64,000 nt of DNA from Anaeromyxobacter sp. (GTDB taxonomy: Bacteria > Myxococcota > Myxococcia > Myxococcales > Anaeromyxobacteraceae), in assembly GCA_049840735.1 (NCBI GenBank), contig JASGJN010000020.1:832001-896000 (forward strand), written 5' to 3'. Shown here piece after piece: positions 21,776 to 33,241 of the stretch (within the stretch, counting starts at the first letter, position 1; each line of letters starts with the position of its first letter). Below the pieces are notes generated by a model that was not told where the DNA came from, did no database searches, and was given only the letters and a program-made list of their open reading frames with translations. Position numbers and translations under genes: made by a program.

Positions 21776-23590
21776 TCAGACCGCGCCGTAGATGGCGGCG
21801 ACCTTGGGACCGATGGAGGCCAGCAGCGCGTCGCGCTTGAGCTTCAAGGTCGGGGTGACCAGGGCCGGGTGGTCCTGGGGCGAGCCGGCGATGACCACCA
21901 GCCGCTTGGGCTTCTCGTACTCGCTGAACTCGCGCAGCGCCCCGCGCGCCCGCGCCAGCAGCGCCTCGGCCGCGTCCTGCCCGCTCGCGGCCAGCCGCTC
22001 CAGCTCCTCGCGGGCCACGAACACCGCCGCGGCCACGAACGGCTTGCCCTCGCCCAGCAGCACCGCGCCCTCGAACGGCGCGGCCGAGGCGATGGCCTGC
22101 TCGATGGGCTCGGGCGAGAGCTTCTTGCCGGTGGAGAGGACCATGAGGTGCTTCTTGCGCCCCTCGATCCGGAGCAGGCCCTCGTCGTCGATGCGCCCCA
22201 GGTCGCCGGTGCGGAAGAAGCCGTCCGGGGTGAAGGCGGCCTCGTCGTCGGCGGCGTCCAGGTAGCCGGAGAAGAGCAGCGGGCCGCGCAGCCAGAGCTC
22301 CCCGTCGGGCGCGAACCGGACCTCGTGGTCCGGCGTGATCAGCCCGGCGCTGGCGGCCCGGCGCGGGCCGGTGAAGAGGTTGGAGGAGATGAGGCCGGCC
22401 GTCTCGCTCATCCCGTAGAGCTCGACGTAGGGGATCCCCAGCGACTCGAAGAAGCGGAACAGCCCCGGGGACGCCGGCGCGCCGCCGGAGAACAGGCCCT
22501 TCACGCGGCCGCCCAGCCGCTGCCGCACCGCCCGCCCCACCAGCCGGTCGGCCAGCCGGGCCAGCAGCCGGTCCGCCACCGTCCCCGCGCCGTCCACCCG
22601 CACCCGCGCCGCGCCCTCCAGGGCCCGCCGGGCCAGGGCCCGCAGCGGCGCCGGCAGGCTCTCCAGCCGGGCCTCCACCGCCATGCGGATCCGGTCGTAG
22701 ACCAGCGGCACGGAGAACAGGTAGGTGGGCCCGAAGCCCATGGCGCGCTCGATGTCCTCGCGCCGCGCCACCATCACCAGCCCGTGCCCCTGCGCCACCG
22801 CCAGCGCGAACTGGTCGTGGCCGGCCACGTGGGCGAAGGGCAGGAAGTGGAGCCCGAGGTCCTGGTCGGTGGTCCCCACCGCCAGGTTGCCGCCGTCGAT
22901 GGCGTGCACGATGGCGCGCTGCGGGACGCGCACGCCCTTGGGCCGGCCGGTGGTGCCGCTGGTGAAGAGGAGCAGGTAGGGATCCTCCTGCCCGACCGCC
23001 GCGGCCAGCGCCTCCAGCTCCGCCACCGGCAGCGCCGGCGCGTCCGGGCCGGTCAGCGCGTCCAGCGCCACGGTGCGGACCGTCTCCGGGACCCCCTGGA
23101 GCGGCTCGGCGCTGGCGACGAGCCGCAGCCCGGCCGCGGCCAGCGCGCCGGCCACCGGCGCGAGCTTGGCCCACTGCTTGGCCGAGGAGACCACCAGCGC
23201 CCGCGGCGACACCCGGCCGGCGATGGCCTGCACCTGGTCGGCGGAGAGGCTGGAGAAGAGCGCGGCCGGCTCGGCCCGCAGCAGCTGCGTGCCCAGCGCC
23301 ACCAGCTGCCAGTCCGGCGAGTTCTCCGCCAGCAGCAGCACCCGGTCCCCCGCCGTCACGCCGGCCGCGCGCAGCGCGCCCGCCGCGCGCCCGGCGCCGT
23401 CGCGGAACGCGGCGAAGGTGAAGCTGCGCGGGGGCGCCTCGGGCGACGCCGGGTCGATGAAGCGGAGGAAGGTCCGCTCCGGGTGACGGGCTGCGCTGGC
23501 CACCATCAGGGCGGGCAGCGTCCGGCCTGCGAAGCGCTCGAATCGGAAGGTTGCGGGGCATCCGGGCGGAGACTCCTCCCGGGATGTCAC
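21776..23590 (-). CDS. AMP-binding long-chain acyl-CoA ligase
   Basis: LFTSGTTGRPKG, LYGMSET, FRTGDLG, GRKK; start approximate. Confidence 0.88.
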   Translation of the reverse strand: MTSREESPPGCPATFRFERFAGRTLPALMVASAARHPERTFLRFIDPASPEAPPRSFTFAAFRDGAGRAAGALRAAGVTAGDRVLLLAENSPDWQLVALGTQLLRAEPAALFSSLSADQVQAIAGRVSPRALVVSSAKQWAKLAPVAGALAAAGLRLVASAEPLQGVPETVRTVALDALTGPDAPALPVAELEALAAAVGQEDPYLLLFTSGTTGRPKGVRVPQRAIVHAIDGGNLAVGTTDQDLGLHFLPFAHVAGHDQFALAVAQGHGLVMVARREDIERAMGFGPTYLFSVPLVYDRIRMAVEARLESLPAPLRALARRALEGAARVRVDGAGTVADRLLARLADRLVGRAVRQRLGGRVKGLFSGGAPASPGLFRFFESLGIPYVELYGMSETAGLISSNLFTGPRRAASAGLITPDHEVRFAPDGELWLRGPLLFSGYLDAADDEAAFTPDGFFRTGDLGRIDDEGLLRIEGRKKHLMVLSTGKKLSPEPIEQAIASAAPFEGAVLLGEGKPFVAAAVFVAREELERLAASGQDAAEALLARARGALREFSEYEKPKRLVVIAGSPQDHPALVTPTLKLKRDALLASIGPKVAAIYGAV

Positions 23591-23640
23591 CGCCGTGTCA
23601 CGGCCGCGCAGCGAGAAGTGGGCCCGTTCCCCACCTGGAC

Positions 23641-24966
23641 CTACTTCACCAAGAGGGCCACGCCTTCGACGTGGTGCGTCATGGGGAACATGTCCACCGG
23701 CACCACCTCGGCCAGGGCGAAGCCGGCCTCGGCGCAGGCCCGCAGGTCGCGCGCGAAGGTGGCCGGGTCGCAGGAGACGTAGACCGCGCGGCTCACGCCC
23801 AGCTCGCGCAGCGCGGGGCCGATGCCCTTGGCCCCGTCGCGCGGCGGGTCGAGCAGCACCGCGTCGAAGCGGCGCGCGGCCGGCCCGCGCTCGCGCGCCA
23901 GGGCCAGCGCCAGCTTGAGCGCGTCGCCGCCGAAGAAGCGGACCTCGGCCCCGCCGCGCCGCTCCGCCTGGTCGGCGCGCGCCAGCTCCAGCGCCGGCCC
24001 CTGCACCTCCACGGCCGCCACCGCCCGGGCCCGGGCCGCCAGCGCGCCGGTGAAGTTGCCGGCGCCGCAGTGCAGCTCCAGCACGTCGGCGCCCTCGGGG
24101 CGCAGGAGCCGCAGCGCCACCTCCACCAGCGCCGCGTTGGCGCCGCGGTTGGCCTGCTGGAAGACGTCGGGCCGGGTCCGCTGCAGCCCGGCCTCGGGGC
24201 GGGCCGGGTCGCGCGCCAGCCGCAGCACCGGGTCGCCCACCAGGGCGGGCGGGCCGGCCTCGGCCTGGAGCACCAGCCCGGCCAGCGCCGGCACCTCCTC
24301 CAGCAGCCGCGCGGACCGCTCGCGCAGCGCCGCGGTCACCTCCGGCACGCGCAGCAGCGCCGCGCCGCGCCGCTCCGCCTCCGACCACTCCAGCGCCACC
24401 TCGTGGGCCGGCAGCCGCGCCGCCACCAGCGCCGGCCCCAGCACCTCGCGCAGGGCGTCCAGCCCCGGCTCCAGCAGGTGGCAGGTGCGCAGCCGGACCG
24501 GCTCGTGCGAGCGGCGGCGGAAGAACACCAGCCCGCCGGAGGCGCGGTCCAGGTGGAACTTGGCCCGGGACCGGTAGCGGAGCGAGGCGGGGGACGGGAC
24601 GATGGGCCGCAGCGGCAGGCCAGCCGGGTCGAAGCGGCCGATCCGCTGCAGCGCGGCGGTCAGGGTCCGGACCTTGGCCTCGAGCTGGAGCCCGTAGTCC
24701 ACGTGCTGCCACTCGCAGCCGCCGCAGCCGGCGTCGAGCCCCGGCCCGGCCCCCAGGCCGAAGTGCGGGCAGGAGGCGGCGATGCGGGCCGGGCCTGGGC
24801 GCACCACCTCGAGCAGCTCGGCGTGCGCGGCCCCCTCCCCCGCCGCGAAGCGCACCCGCACCCGGTCGCCGGGGGCGGTGCAGGGGACGAAGACGGGACG
24901 GGCGCCCTGGCGGGCGACGCCCTCGCCGCCCGGTGCCAGCTCCTCGATGTCGATGATCTCTTCCAC
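23641..24966 (-). CDS. RNA m5U methyltransferase (RlmD/TrmA family)
   Basis: TRAM N-terminus, CPHF..GCGGCEWQH Fe-S motif, FQQAN, LDPPRDG, YVSCDP, DMFPMTHHVE. Confidence 0.9.
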   Translation of the reverse strand: MEEIIDIEELAPGGEGVARQGARPVFVPCTAPGDRVRVRFAAGEGAAHAELLEVVRPGPARIAASCPHFGLGAGPGLDAGCGGCEWQHVDYGLQLEAKVRTLTAALQRIGRFDPAGLPLRPIVPSPASLRYRSRAKFHLDRASGGLVFFRRRSHEPVRLRTCHLLEPGLDALREVLGPALVAARLPAHEVALEWSEAERRGAALLRVPEVTAALRERSARLLEEVPALAGLVLQAEAGPPALVGDPVLRLARDPARPEAGLQRTRPDVFQQANRGANAALVEVALRLLRPEGADVLELHCGAGNFTGALAARARAVAAVEVQGPALELARADQAERRGGAEVRFFGGDALKLALALARERGPAARRFDAVLLDPPRDGAKGIGPALRELGVSRAVYVSCDPATFARDLRACAEAGFALAEVVPVDMFPMTHHVEGVALLVK

Positions 24967-25006
24967 GGCGGGGAGATGGCGGGCGAGGTCCGGCCGCGCC
25001 AGCGGA

Positions 25007-25363
25007 TCAGACCTGCTCCAGCCCTTGGCGCAGCCGCTGGACGAACGCCTCCAGCTCGGCGCGCTGCGTCTCCTCGATGCCGGTGAACTCGACGCCCATG
25101 CCCGGGACCATGTTGGCCCGGTTGTCGAACTCGGTGACGCGGGTCACCCGGCCGGCGAGCTGGCAGGGGAAGGAGGCGCCGGGGAGCTGGATGAGGATGG
25201 TGACCGGCGTACCCACCGGCAGCGGCTTGCGGGTGTTGATGAAGAGGCCGCCCTGGCTGATGTTGGTGGCCCAGTCGGAGAGGAAGCTGCCCACGCTCCG
25301 GTACGCGACCGGGATGGCGTGGTGCAGGCGCATCGCGCGCCGCTTGTTATCCCTCGCCGTCAT
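25007..25363 (-). CDS. TIGR02266 family PilZ-like protein
   Basis: KRRAMR, NISQGGLFI, PGMGVEF. Confidence 0.88.
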   Translation of the reverse strand: MTARDNKRRAMRLHHAIPVAYRSVGSFLSDWATNISQGGLFINTRKPLPVGTPVTILIQLPGASFPCQLAGRVTRVTEFDNRANMVPGMGVEFTGIEETQRAELEAFVQRLRQGLEQV

Positions 25364-25378
25364 CTCGGAAAAACTCTA

Positions 25379-26176
25379 TCAGGCGGGCGAGGCGGGGCCA
25401 AGGAGGAGTCGGACCGCGACACCGCGCCTCCGGCCCAGCCGCTCGGCCGCGCTCCCCTCGCGCACCGACACCTCCACCCGGCCGCCGCTGCCCACCAAGG
25501 CCAGCAGCGCGCCCCGCTCCACCTCCCCGAAGGTCCGCACGAACGGGACGGGCGCCCCGTCCACCTGCGCCTCGCGGACCGGGCGGCCCTCCAGGTCGGC
25601 GCCGCGGATGGAGGTCACGAGGTTCCCGTAGGGATCGGCCGCCAGCGTCACGCCGCCCACCTCGTCCCCCGCCTCGCTGGCGGTCGCCTCCGGCCAGTCC
25701 AGCCGGACCGGGTCGGTCACCTCCGGCCCCAGCGCCGCCGGCGTGCCGCCGCGGGCCAGGTAGGCGGCCGCCGGTGCGAACAGGTCGCGGCCGTGGAAGG
25801 TGGCGCTGCGCGGCAGCGGCAGGATGCCCCCGCCCAGCAGCGAGCGGACGCGGGTGCCCCGGCCCAGGAACGGGGTGAGCAGCCCGTTGTCCGGCCCGAG
25901 CAGCCGGCGCCCCTCTGCGTCGATGACGCAGAGCGCGCGCCGGGCGGTGCCCACGCCGGGATCGACCACCGCCAGGTGGATGGCGTCGCGCGCGAACCAG
26001 GGGAGGCAGGCCTCCAGGAGCAGCGCGCCGGCCAGGATGTCGTAGGGCGGGACCTCGTGCGTGACGTCCACGATGCGCGCGTCGGGGTGGGCGGCCAGCA
26101 GCACGCCCTTCACCTGCGCCGGATACCCGGAGCCGGCGCCGAAGTCGGTGGTGAGCGTGAAGAGCGGCCCGGCCAT
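25379..26176 (-). CDS. SAM hydroxide adenosyltransferase / chlorinase-fluorinase family (DUF62)
   Basis: [33 protein letters not shown]. Confidence 0.9.
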   Translation of the reverse strand: MAGPLFTLTTDFGAGSGYPAQVKGVLLAAHPDARIVDVTHEVPPYDILAGALLLEACLPWFARDAIHLAVVDPGVGTARRALCVIDAEGRRLLGPDNGLLTPFLGRGTRVRSLLGGGILPLPRSATFHGRDLFAPAAAYLARGGTPAALGPEVTDPVRLDWPEATASEAGDEVGGVTLAADPYGNLVTSIRGADLEGRPVREAQVDGAPVPFVRTFGEVERGALLALVGSGGRVEVSVREGSAAERLGRRRGVAVRLLLGPASPA

Positions 26177-26181
26177 CCCGC

Positions 26182-26838
26182 TCACGCGGCCATCGGCTTC
26201 AGCTCGGGCGCCACGATCAGCCTCGGCTCGGTCAGCGCCTGGACGGTCTCGACCGTCTCGCCCGGCGCCAGCTCGCGGAGCACCAGGCCGTCCGGCGAGA
26301 CGTCGATCCAGGCGCGGTCGGTGCACAGCGCCGACACGCAGCGCAGCCCGGTGATGGGCAGCGTGCACTGGCGGAGGATCTTGGGCTTCCCGTCCTTGGT
26401 GGCGTGCTCCATCATCACCACCACGCGCTTCGCCCCCACCACCAGGTCCATCCCGCCGCCCATCCCCTTCACCATCTTGCCCGGCACCAGCCAGTTGGCC
26501 AGGTCGCCGCGCTCGGAGACCTCGAGCGCGCCCAGGATGGCCAGGTCGATGTGGCCGCCGCGGATCATGGCGAAGGACTCGGCCGACGAGAAGAAGGCGG
26601 CGCCGGGGAGCACCGTGACCGTCTCCTTGCCGGCGTTGATGAGGTCCGCGTCCTCCTCGCCGTCCACCGGGTACGGGCCCACGCCCAGGATCCCGTTCTC
26701 CGACTGGAGCACCACCTCCACGCCGGCCGGCACGTAGTTCGCGACCAGGGTGGGCATCCCGATGCCCAGGTTGACGTAGAAGCCGTCGCGCAGCTCCCGG
26801 GCGACGCGCGCGGCGATCTGCTCTCGCGTGAGCGGCAT
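26182..26838 (-). CDS. 3-oxoacid CoA-transferase subunit B
   Basis: [16 protein letters not shown] (catalytic Glu), GMGGGMDL. Confidence 0.93.
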   Translation of the reverse strand: MPLTREQIAARVARELRDGFYVNLGIGMPTLVANYVPAGVEVVLQSENGILGVGPYPVDGEEDADLINAGKETVTVLPGAAFFSSAESFAMIRGGHIDLAILGALEVSERGDLANWLVPGKMVKGMGGGMDLVVGAKRVVVMMEHATKDGKPKILRQCTLPITGLRCVSALCTDRAWIDVSPDGLVLRELAPGETVETVQALTEPRLIVAPELKPMAA

Positions 26839-26850
26839 GAGCGGTTCCTC

Positions 26851-27550
26851 CTAGGTGCGGGGACGGACGGTGCGGCGCTCGATCCAGCGCTCGTAGCGCT
26901 CGCCGCGGACCAGCCGCTTCACGTAGATGCCGGGCGTGTGGACCTGGTCCGGGTCCAGCTCGCCCGGCTTCACCACCTGCTCCGCCTCGGCGATGGTCAC
27001 GGCCGCGGCCGCGGCCATCATGGGCCTGGAAGTTCCGGGTGGTCTTCCGGAAGACGAGGTTGCCCCAGGTGTCGGCCTTCCAGGCGCGGACCAGCGCGAA
27101 GTCGGCCTTGAGCGGCAGCTCCAGCAGGTACTCGCGCCCGGCCAGCGTGCGGGTCTCCTTGCCCTGCGCCACCTGCGTGCCCACGCCGGTGGCGGTGTAG
27201 AAGCCGCCGATGCCGGCGCCGCCGGCGCGGATCCGCTCCGCCAGCGTGCCCTGCGGCACCAGCTCCACCTCCAGCTCGCCGGAGAGGTACTGGCGCTCGA
27301 ACTCCTTGTTCTCGCCCACGTAGGACGCGACGATCCTGCGGATCTGCCGCGCCTTGAGCAGCACCCCCAGCCCCAGGTCGGTGGTGCCGCAGTTGTTGGA
27401 GATGAGGACCAGGTCCTTCACGCCCTTGCGGTGCAGCGCCTGGATCAGGTTCTCCGGGTTCCCGCACAGCCCGAACCCGCCCACCATCACGGTGGCGCCG
27501 TCCCGGATGTCCGCCACCGCCGCGTCGGCCGACTCGACCCGCTTGTCCAT
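26851..27550 (-). CDS. 3-oxoacid CoA-transferase subunit A, +1 frameshift at ~27025
   Basis: [23 protein letters not shown]; continues in another frame [15 protein letters not shown]; 700-nt span is 3n+1. Confidence 0.88.
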
Positions 27551-27563
27551 GTGGCCTCCCGGG

Positions 27564-28745
27564 CTAGCGCTCCACCACCACCGCCACCGCCTCGCCGCCG
27601 CCGATGCAGAGCGAGGCCAGCCCGCGCCGCAGGCCGCCGTCCTCCAGGGCGTGCAGCAGCGTCACCAGGATCCGCGCGCCCGACGCGCCGATGGGGTGGC
27701 CGAGCGCCACCGCCCCGCCGCGCACGTTCACCTTGCGTGGATCGAGCCCGAGCAGGCGGTTGTTGGCGATGGCCACCACCGCGAAGGCCTCGTTGATCTC
27801 CCACAGGTCCACGTCCTGCACGCCCAGTCCGGCCCGCGCCAGCGTGGTCCGGATGGCGTCGGCCGGCGCGATGGTGAACTCGATGGGCGCGCGGGCGGCG
27901 CCCCCCCAGGCGGTGATGCGGCCCAGCACCGTGCGCCCCTCGGCCCTGGCCCGCTCGGCGCTCATCAGCACCAGCGCGGCGGCGCCGTCATTGATGGAGG
28001 AGGCGTTGGCGGCGGTGACGGTGCCGTCCTTCTTGAAGACCGGCTTGAGCGTGGGGATCTTGTCCGGGCGGGCGCCGCGCGGCCCCTCGTCCTCGGCCAC
28101 GGTGACCGGGTCGCCCTTCTTCCCCTCAATCACCACCGGCACCATCTCCGCCTTGAACAGGCCGGCCTTCTGCGCCTCCTGCGCGCGGCGGGTGGACTCC
28201 AGCGCGTACTCGTCCTGGGCGGCCCGCGGGATGTCCTGGGTGGCGGCGCAGTGCTCGGCGCACATCCCCATGTGCTGCTGGCCGTACACGTCCCACAGGC
28301 CGTCGTGGATCATCCCGTCCACCAGCTCGATGTTCCCCATCCGCGCGCCGGTGCGGGCCACGCGGTCGTAGTACGGGACGTTGGACATCGACTCCATGCC
28401 GCCCGCCACCACCACCTCGGCGTCGCCGAGCGCGATGGCCTGGGCGCCGGAGATGACCGCCTTGAGCCCGGAGCCGCAGACCTTGTTGAGCGTCCAGGCC
28501 GGCGTCTTCTCGGGCAGGCCGGCGTGGATGGCCGCCTGGCGGGCCGGGGCCTGCCCCTCGCCCGCCTGCAGCACGTTGCCCATGATCACCTCGTCCACGG
28601 CCGCCGGCGCCACGCCGGCGCGCTCGAGCGCCGCGCGGATGGCCACCGCGCCGAGGCGCGGGGCGGGCACGGGCGCGAGCCCGCCGAGGAAGGAGCCGAT
28701 CGGTGTGCGGGCAGCGCCGACGATGACGACCTCGCGTCCGGCCAT
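27564..28745 (-). CDS. Acetyl-CoA C-acetyltransferase (thiolase)
   Basis: [25 protein letters not shown]. Confidence 0.95.
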   Translation of the reverse strand: MAGREVVIVGAARTPIGSFLGGLAPVPAPRLGAVAIRAALERAGVAPAAVDEVIMGNVLQAGEGQAPARQAAIHAGLPEKTPAWTLNKVCGSGLKAVISGAQAIALGDAEVVVAGGMESMSNVPYYDRVARTGARMGNIELVDGMIHDGLWDVYGQQHMGMCAEHCAATQDIPRAAQDEYALESTRRAQEAQKAGLFKAEMVPVVIEGKKGDPVTVAEDEGPRGARPDKIPTLKPVFKKDGTVTAANASSINDGAAALVLMSAERARAEGRTVLGRITAWGGAARAPIEFTIAPADAIRTTLARAGLGVQDVDLWEINEAFAVVAIANNRLLGLDPRKVNVRGGAVALGHPIGASGARILVTLLHALEDGGLRRGLASLCIGGGEAVAVVVER

Positions 28746-28910
28746 GACGTCCTCCGATGTGATCTCGCTGGGTGGGAAGCCGGCCCGGCTCTCCCGGGCG
28801 CGCCTGGAACATTAGGGAGCAGCGCGCGCGGCCGTCAACCGGACGTGCAGGGCGCTGCCCGGCGATCCTTGCCCCCGGTCCGCCCGCCCGGCACGCCACC
28901 CATTCCAGGG

Positions 28911-31395
28911 TCAGGCGGCCGCCACCTCGCGCACCAGCCGGCGAAGGTCGTCGGCGCCGAACGGCTTCTCCAGCCGGGCGTTCGGGACGCGCTCCAGGAA
29001 CTCGCCCGCCCGGGCGGTGAACGCGCCGCCGGTCAGGAACACCATGCGCCGCGCCACCTCCGGCGCCCGGACCTCCAGCAGGCCGTGCAGCTCCATGCCG
29101 GTCATCTCGGGCATCATCAGGTCGCAGAGCACCACGTCGAACCGGGCCCCGGTTCCCAGCCGCTGCAGCGCCTCAGCCCCGCTGGACGCCAGCTCCACCT
29201 CGAAGGCCCCGGCCAGCATCCTTTGCATCGCCCGGGCCACCGCGCGATCGTCGTCCACCACCAGCACCCGGAGCTTCCCCTCGGCCGTGCCGGGGCCCGG
29301 TGTGGGCGGTTCCGCCTCTGCCTGTGCCGGCGGCGGCGGCTCCGGCTGTACCGGCACAGCTGCCGGCGCCGGCGTGAACGCAGGCGCCACCACCGCCTCC
29401 GCCCCGGCGGCCGGCAGCGCGACGCGGAAGGTGCTCCCCTTCCCCGGCGCGCTCTCCAGCTCGATGGAGCCGCCCAGGCCGGTCACGATGCCGAGGCAGA
29501 TGGAGAGCCCCAGCCCGGTGCCGGCGCCGACCGGCCTGGTGGTGAAGAACGGCTGGAAGGCGCGCGCCTGCACCTCGGCGGTCATGCCCTCGCCGGTGTC
29601 CACCACCTCCAGGACCACCGACCGCCCGGCGCGGCGAGCCGAGACCCGCACCTCGTTGGCGTGGGCGTGGCCCTCCGGGATGGCCTGGGCAGCGTTGACG
29701 AGCAGGTTGACCAGCACCTGCACCAGCCGCCCCTCGCTCCCCAGCACCGGCGGCAGCCCGGGCTCGAGCTGCACCACCAGGCGCGCCCGCTGCCTGAGCT
29801 CCGACTCGGCCAGCGCCACCGCCGAGCGGAGCACGCCGGCCAGGTCCACCGGCTCCGGCGGCGTGTTCTCCGGCTCGCGCGAGAACACCCGCAGCCCGCG
29901 CACCACCTCGCGCACCCGCGCCGCCCCCTCGCCCGCGTCGCGCAGCGCCGCGGTCACCTCGGCCGCCGCGGCCGGGTCGGCGCCCGCCAGCGCCTCGATC
30001 CGCTCCGTGGCCACCTGCACGTTGGCGATGACGTAGGCCAGCGGGTTGTTGACCTCGTGGGCCACGCCCGCGGCCAGCGTGCCCACGCCGGCCAGGCGGT
30101 AGGCCTCCTCGGCCCGGCGGCGATCGGTCAGGTCGCGCACGGCGCAGATGGCCACCGCCCCCCCGGCGCGGTCCATGAGCGTGGCGGCCACCTCCACCGG
30201 GAGCGCGCCGCCCCCGGGGACCTGCAGGTGCGTCTCGAAGACGGCGCTCCGCTCCCGCTGCAGCGCCTCCCAGCGCGCGCGCCACTCCGGCTCGCCGGCC
30301 CCCACCACGAACCGCCAGATGGGCGGCGTGCCCGGCCCGCCCAGCTCCGGCCCGACCAGCCGCCGGGCGGCGGCGTTGGCGTAGACGATGCGCCCGGCGG
30401 CGTCGAGGATGCCCACCGGGTCGAAGCTGCGATTCGAGCGCCTCGGTGGTGAAGCGGAGCCGCTCGGCGGCGGCGGCCAGCGCCACCGCGGCCCGGCGCC
30501 GCTCGGCGACGGTGGCGGCCACCAGGTACTGCGTGGAGATGAGCATCCCCAGGAACAGCTGCAGCGCCGGGCCGACGTCGAAGCCGTCGCCGAGCGGCCC
30601 GCGGAAGAGCCGGGTGCCGGCGAAGGAGATGGCCGAGACGCCCAGCGCGGCCGCGGTGGTCCCGCGCGTGCCGAAGCGGAGCGCGCCCCAGAGCATGACC
30701 GGGATGACCAGGTACTCCTGCGCCAGCCAGTGGTCGCGCGGCGCGAAGAAGACCAGCGCCGCCGACCCGGTGGTGGCGGCGGTGGCCGCGACCGCCTCCA
30801 GCGCCCGCCCGGGCCGGCGGAGCAGCGGCGGGACGGGACGGCCCCACCAGGCCAGCACCGTCCCGGCCACCAGCAGCGTGCCCAGCGCCGAGCCGGCCGA
30901 CCAGCGCGCCCAGTCGAGGCCGAACCCCTGGCTGGTCAGCAGCGCCACCGCGACGGCCCCGATCATCCCGGACAGCGTGGTGCAGGCGAAGGCGGCCACG
31001 ACGATCAGCACCGCGACGTCGCGCAGCCGCGACATGGAGGGGCGCTCGCCGCCGGCAGCCCGCTGCAGGGCCCAGGCGCCCAGCAGCGACTCGGCGGAGT
31101 TGCCGGCGAAGAAGAGCAGCGAAGCCCAGACCGGCTGCCCGTGCAGCAGGTTGGAGGCGAGGTTGGCGGGCAGCGCGGCCGCCACCACCCAGGGCCAGGC
31201 GCGCCGCGGCCAGAGCAGCAGCGGCACCAGGTACACGCCGCTGGCCGGCCAGAAGGTGGAGTAGTAGGTGGTGCCGATGGTGAGCTGGCGCCCCAGCTCC
31301 GCCGAGAGCAGGTAGGCCACCGAGAACAGCACCAGCGCCAGCGGCGAGGGGCGCCTGCCGGCGCTCGTCGCGGGCCGGGTCATGCCGGAGTCCAT
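28911..31395 (-). CDS. Hybrid histidine kinase MASE1-PAS-HisKA-HATPase-REC, +1 frameshift at ~30433
   Basis: FWPASG and GNSAES (MASE1); AHEVNNPL, NLLVNA, DTGEG, GTGLGL; C-terminal receiver CDLMMP; span is 3n+1. Confidence 0.85.
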
Positions 31396-31553
31396 GTGGC
31401 CCTCCCGGGCCACTATAGGCGCAGGAGGCCTCGCCCCCCGGCGATCCGGCGCGCCTGCGCCCCTCAAGGGCGCCGCCTGGTGCGCCCGCGACCCGCTGGC
31501 GTTTGCGCCGGGTCCGGGCAGCCGGGGAAGGCCGGAGCGGAGCCGCGCCGTGA

Positions 31554-32282
31554 CTATCGGTGCGTGATCTCGCCGCTCCCTGCAACGGAGGCGCTGCGCA
31601 CCTGGCCGGGCCCGTCCCACTGGACCTCGCCCGAGCCGGAGACCGCGGCGTCCAGCCAGCCGCCGCCCAGCCGGAGCTCGACGTCGCCCGAGCCGGCCAC
31701 CGAGACCTTGGCGTCGTGGGCGGTGAGCTGGTCCGCGTCCACGCCACCGGAGCCGGAGATGGCGATCTGGAGCAGGTCGGCCGACCCGGAGAGCTCCACG
31801 TCGCCGGAGCCGTTCACGTCCACCCCCAGCGCGGCGGCCTGGCCCGACCAGCGCACGTCGCCCGAGCCGGAGATGGAGACGTTGAAGTCCCCGCCCTTCG
31901 TCCCCTCGAGCTGGGCGTCGCCGGAGCCGGAGAGGGCCACGCCGCGCAGCTCGGGCACGGTCACGCGGACCTTGCCCTCGCCCTGGTAGTTCATGTCGTG
32001 GAGGGTGGAGACGACCAGCGTGTCGCGCTCGACGCGGGTCTCGATCCCGGGCTGCAGGTTGCCGTCGATGACGACCGCCACCGACTGCGCCGGCCCCACC
32101 TTCACCTCGACGTCCAGCGAGCCCTCCATCCTGAGGGCGCGGAAGGGCGGCAGCTCGCGCTGCTGGGTGACCTTCTTCCCGTCGCCGGTGACGGCGCCGG
32201 GCGACCAGTGGAAGCCGCCGGCGTGGGCGGGCGTGGCGCAGGCGAAGCTGGCGAGGGCGAGCAGGACGGCGGCGTGGCGCAT
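31554..32282 (-). CDS. DUF2807 / head GIN domain exported protein
   Basis: Signal peptide and repeated SGSG(D/E)V beta-helix motifs. Confidence 0.85.
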   Translation of the reverse strand: MRHAAVLLALASFACATPAHAGGFHWSPGAVTGDGKKVTQQRELPPFRALRMEGSLDVEVKVGPAQSVAVVIDGNLQPGIETRVERDTLVVSTLHDMNYQGEGKVRVTVPELRGVALSGSGDAQLEGTKGGDFNVSISGSGDVRWSGQAAALGVDVNGSGDVELSGSADLLQIAISGSGGVDADQLTAHDAKVSVAGSGDVELRLGGGWLDAAVSGSGEVQWDGPGQVRSASVAGSGEITHR

Positions 32283-32366
32283 GGTGGTCTCCCCGCCAGG
32301 GAGTCGGCGAGGGGGCGCGCACGGACCACCCGCACGCGCCCCCGGCCGGGTCCTCTCTCCCCAGAG

Positions 32367-32395
32367 CGGACGCTCCTCCCTACGCGGAGCGTCCG
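32367..32395. terminator. Hairpin just downstream of the SPFH gene
   Basis: 10-bp stem CGGACGCTCC/GGAGCGTCCG; no clear U-tract. Confidence 0.4.
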
Positions 32396-32398
32396 GCC

Positions 32399-33172
32399 CT
32401 ATTTCGCGGCCGGCGGCAGGCTGGCCTGCGCCAGCTCGATGAACGGCTTCACCAGGTCGATGGGGAGCGGGAAGACGATGGTGGAGTTCTTCTCGGCCGA
32501 GATCTCCACCAGGGTCTGGAGGTAGCGCAGCTGCAGCGCACCCGGGGAGCGGGCGATCACGTCGGCGGCCTGCCCCAGCTTCTCGGCCGCCTGGAACTCG
32601 CCCTCGGCGGCGATCACCTTGGCCCGCCGCTCGCGCTCGGCCTCGGCCTGGCGCGCCATGGCCCGGCGCATCTCCTCCGGCAGGTCCACCTGCTTCACCT
32701 CCACCGCGGTCACCTTCACGCCCCAGGGCTCGGTGTGCCGGTCGATGATCTCCTGCAGCTGCCGGTTGATCTTCTCGCGCTGCGAGAGGAGGTCGTCGAG
32801 CTCGCCCTGCCCCAGCACCGAGCGGAGCGTGGTCTGGGCGAACTGGTTGGTGGCGAAGAGGAAGTCGGTCACCTGCAGGAAGGCGCGGTCCGCCTGCATG
32901 ACGCGGAAGTAGATCACCGCGTTGACCTTCACCGACACGTTGTCACGCGTGATCACGTCCTGCGGCGGCACCTGCTCCGCGGTCACGCGCATGTCGATGA
33001 TGATCATCCGCTCGACGAAGGGGATGATCCAGCGGAGCCCGGCGGTGCGCAGCCCGGCGTAGCGGCCCAGCCGCAGCACCACGGCCTGCTCGTACTCGTT
33101 GACGATGCGCAGGCCGGAGATGAACCACAGGATGATCAGCGCGACGGGGATGAAGAGGCCGATGGCGGGCAC
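32399..33172 (-). CDS. Slipin/stomatin (SPFH) protein
   Basis: [40 protein letters not shown]. Confidence 0.93.
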   Translation of the reverse strand: MPAIGLFIPVALIILWFISGLRIVNEYEQAVVLRLGRYAGLRTAGLRWIIPFVERMIIIDMRVTAEQVPPQDVITRDNVSVKVNAVIYFRVMQADRAFLQVTDFLFATNQFAQTTLRSVLGQGELDDLLSQREKINRQLQEIIDRHTEPWGVKVTAVEVKQVDLPEEMRRAMARQAEAERERRAKVIAAEGEFQAAEKLGQAADVIARSPGALQLRYLQTLVEISAEKNSTIVFPLPIDLVKPFIELAQASLPPAAK

Positions 33173-33241
33173 GTTCCCTCCGTGACGGCGGCGGCAGGGC
33201 CCGGCCACCGGGCTGGAGCGCCGCGCCGCCCCGGGCCCGTG

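Noticed and set aside
25379..27550. 723-aa CoA-transferase/fluorinase fusion ORF
   Set aside because: Created by the +1 indel at ~27025 reading through subunit B in the wrong frame
31600..31950. Tandem GAGCCGGAG-like repeats
   Set aside because: Coding repeats (SGSG) of the DUF2807 protein, not a DNA repeat array
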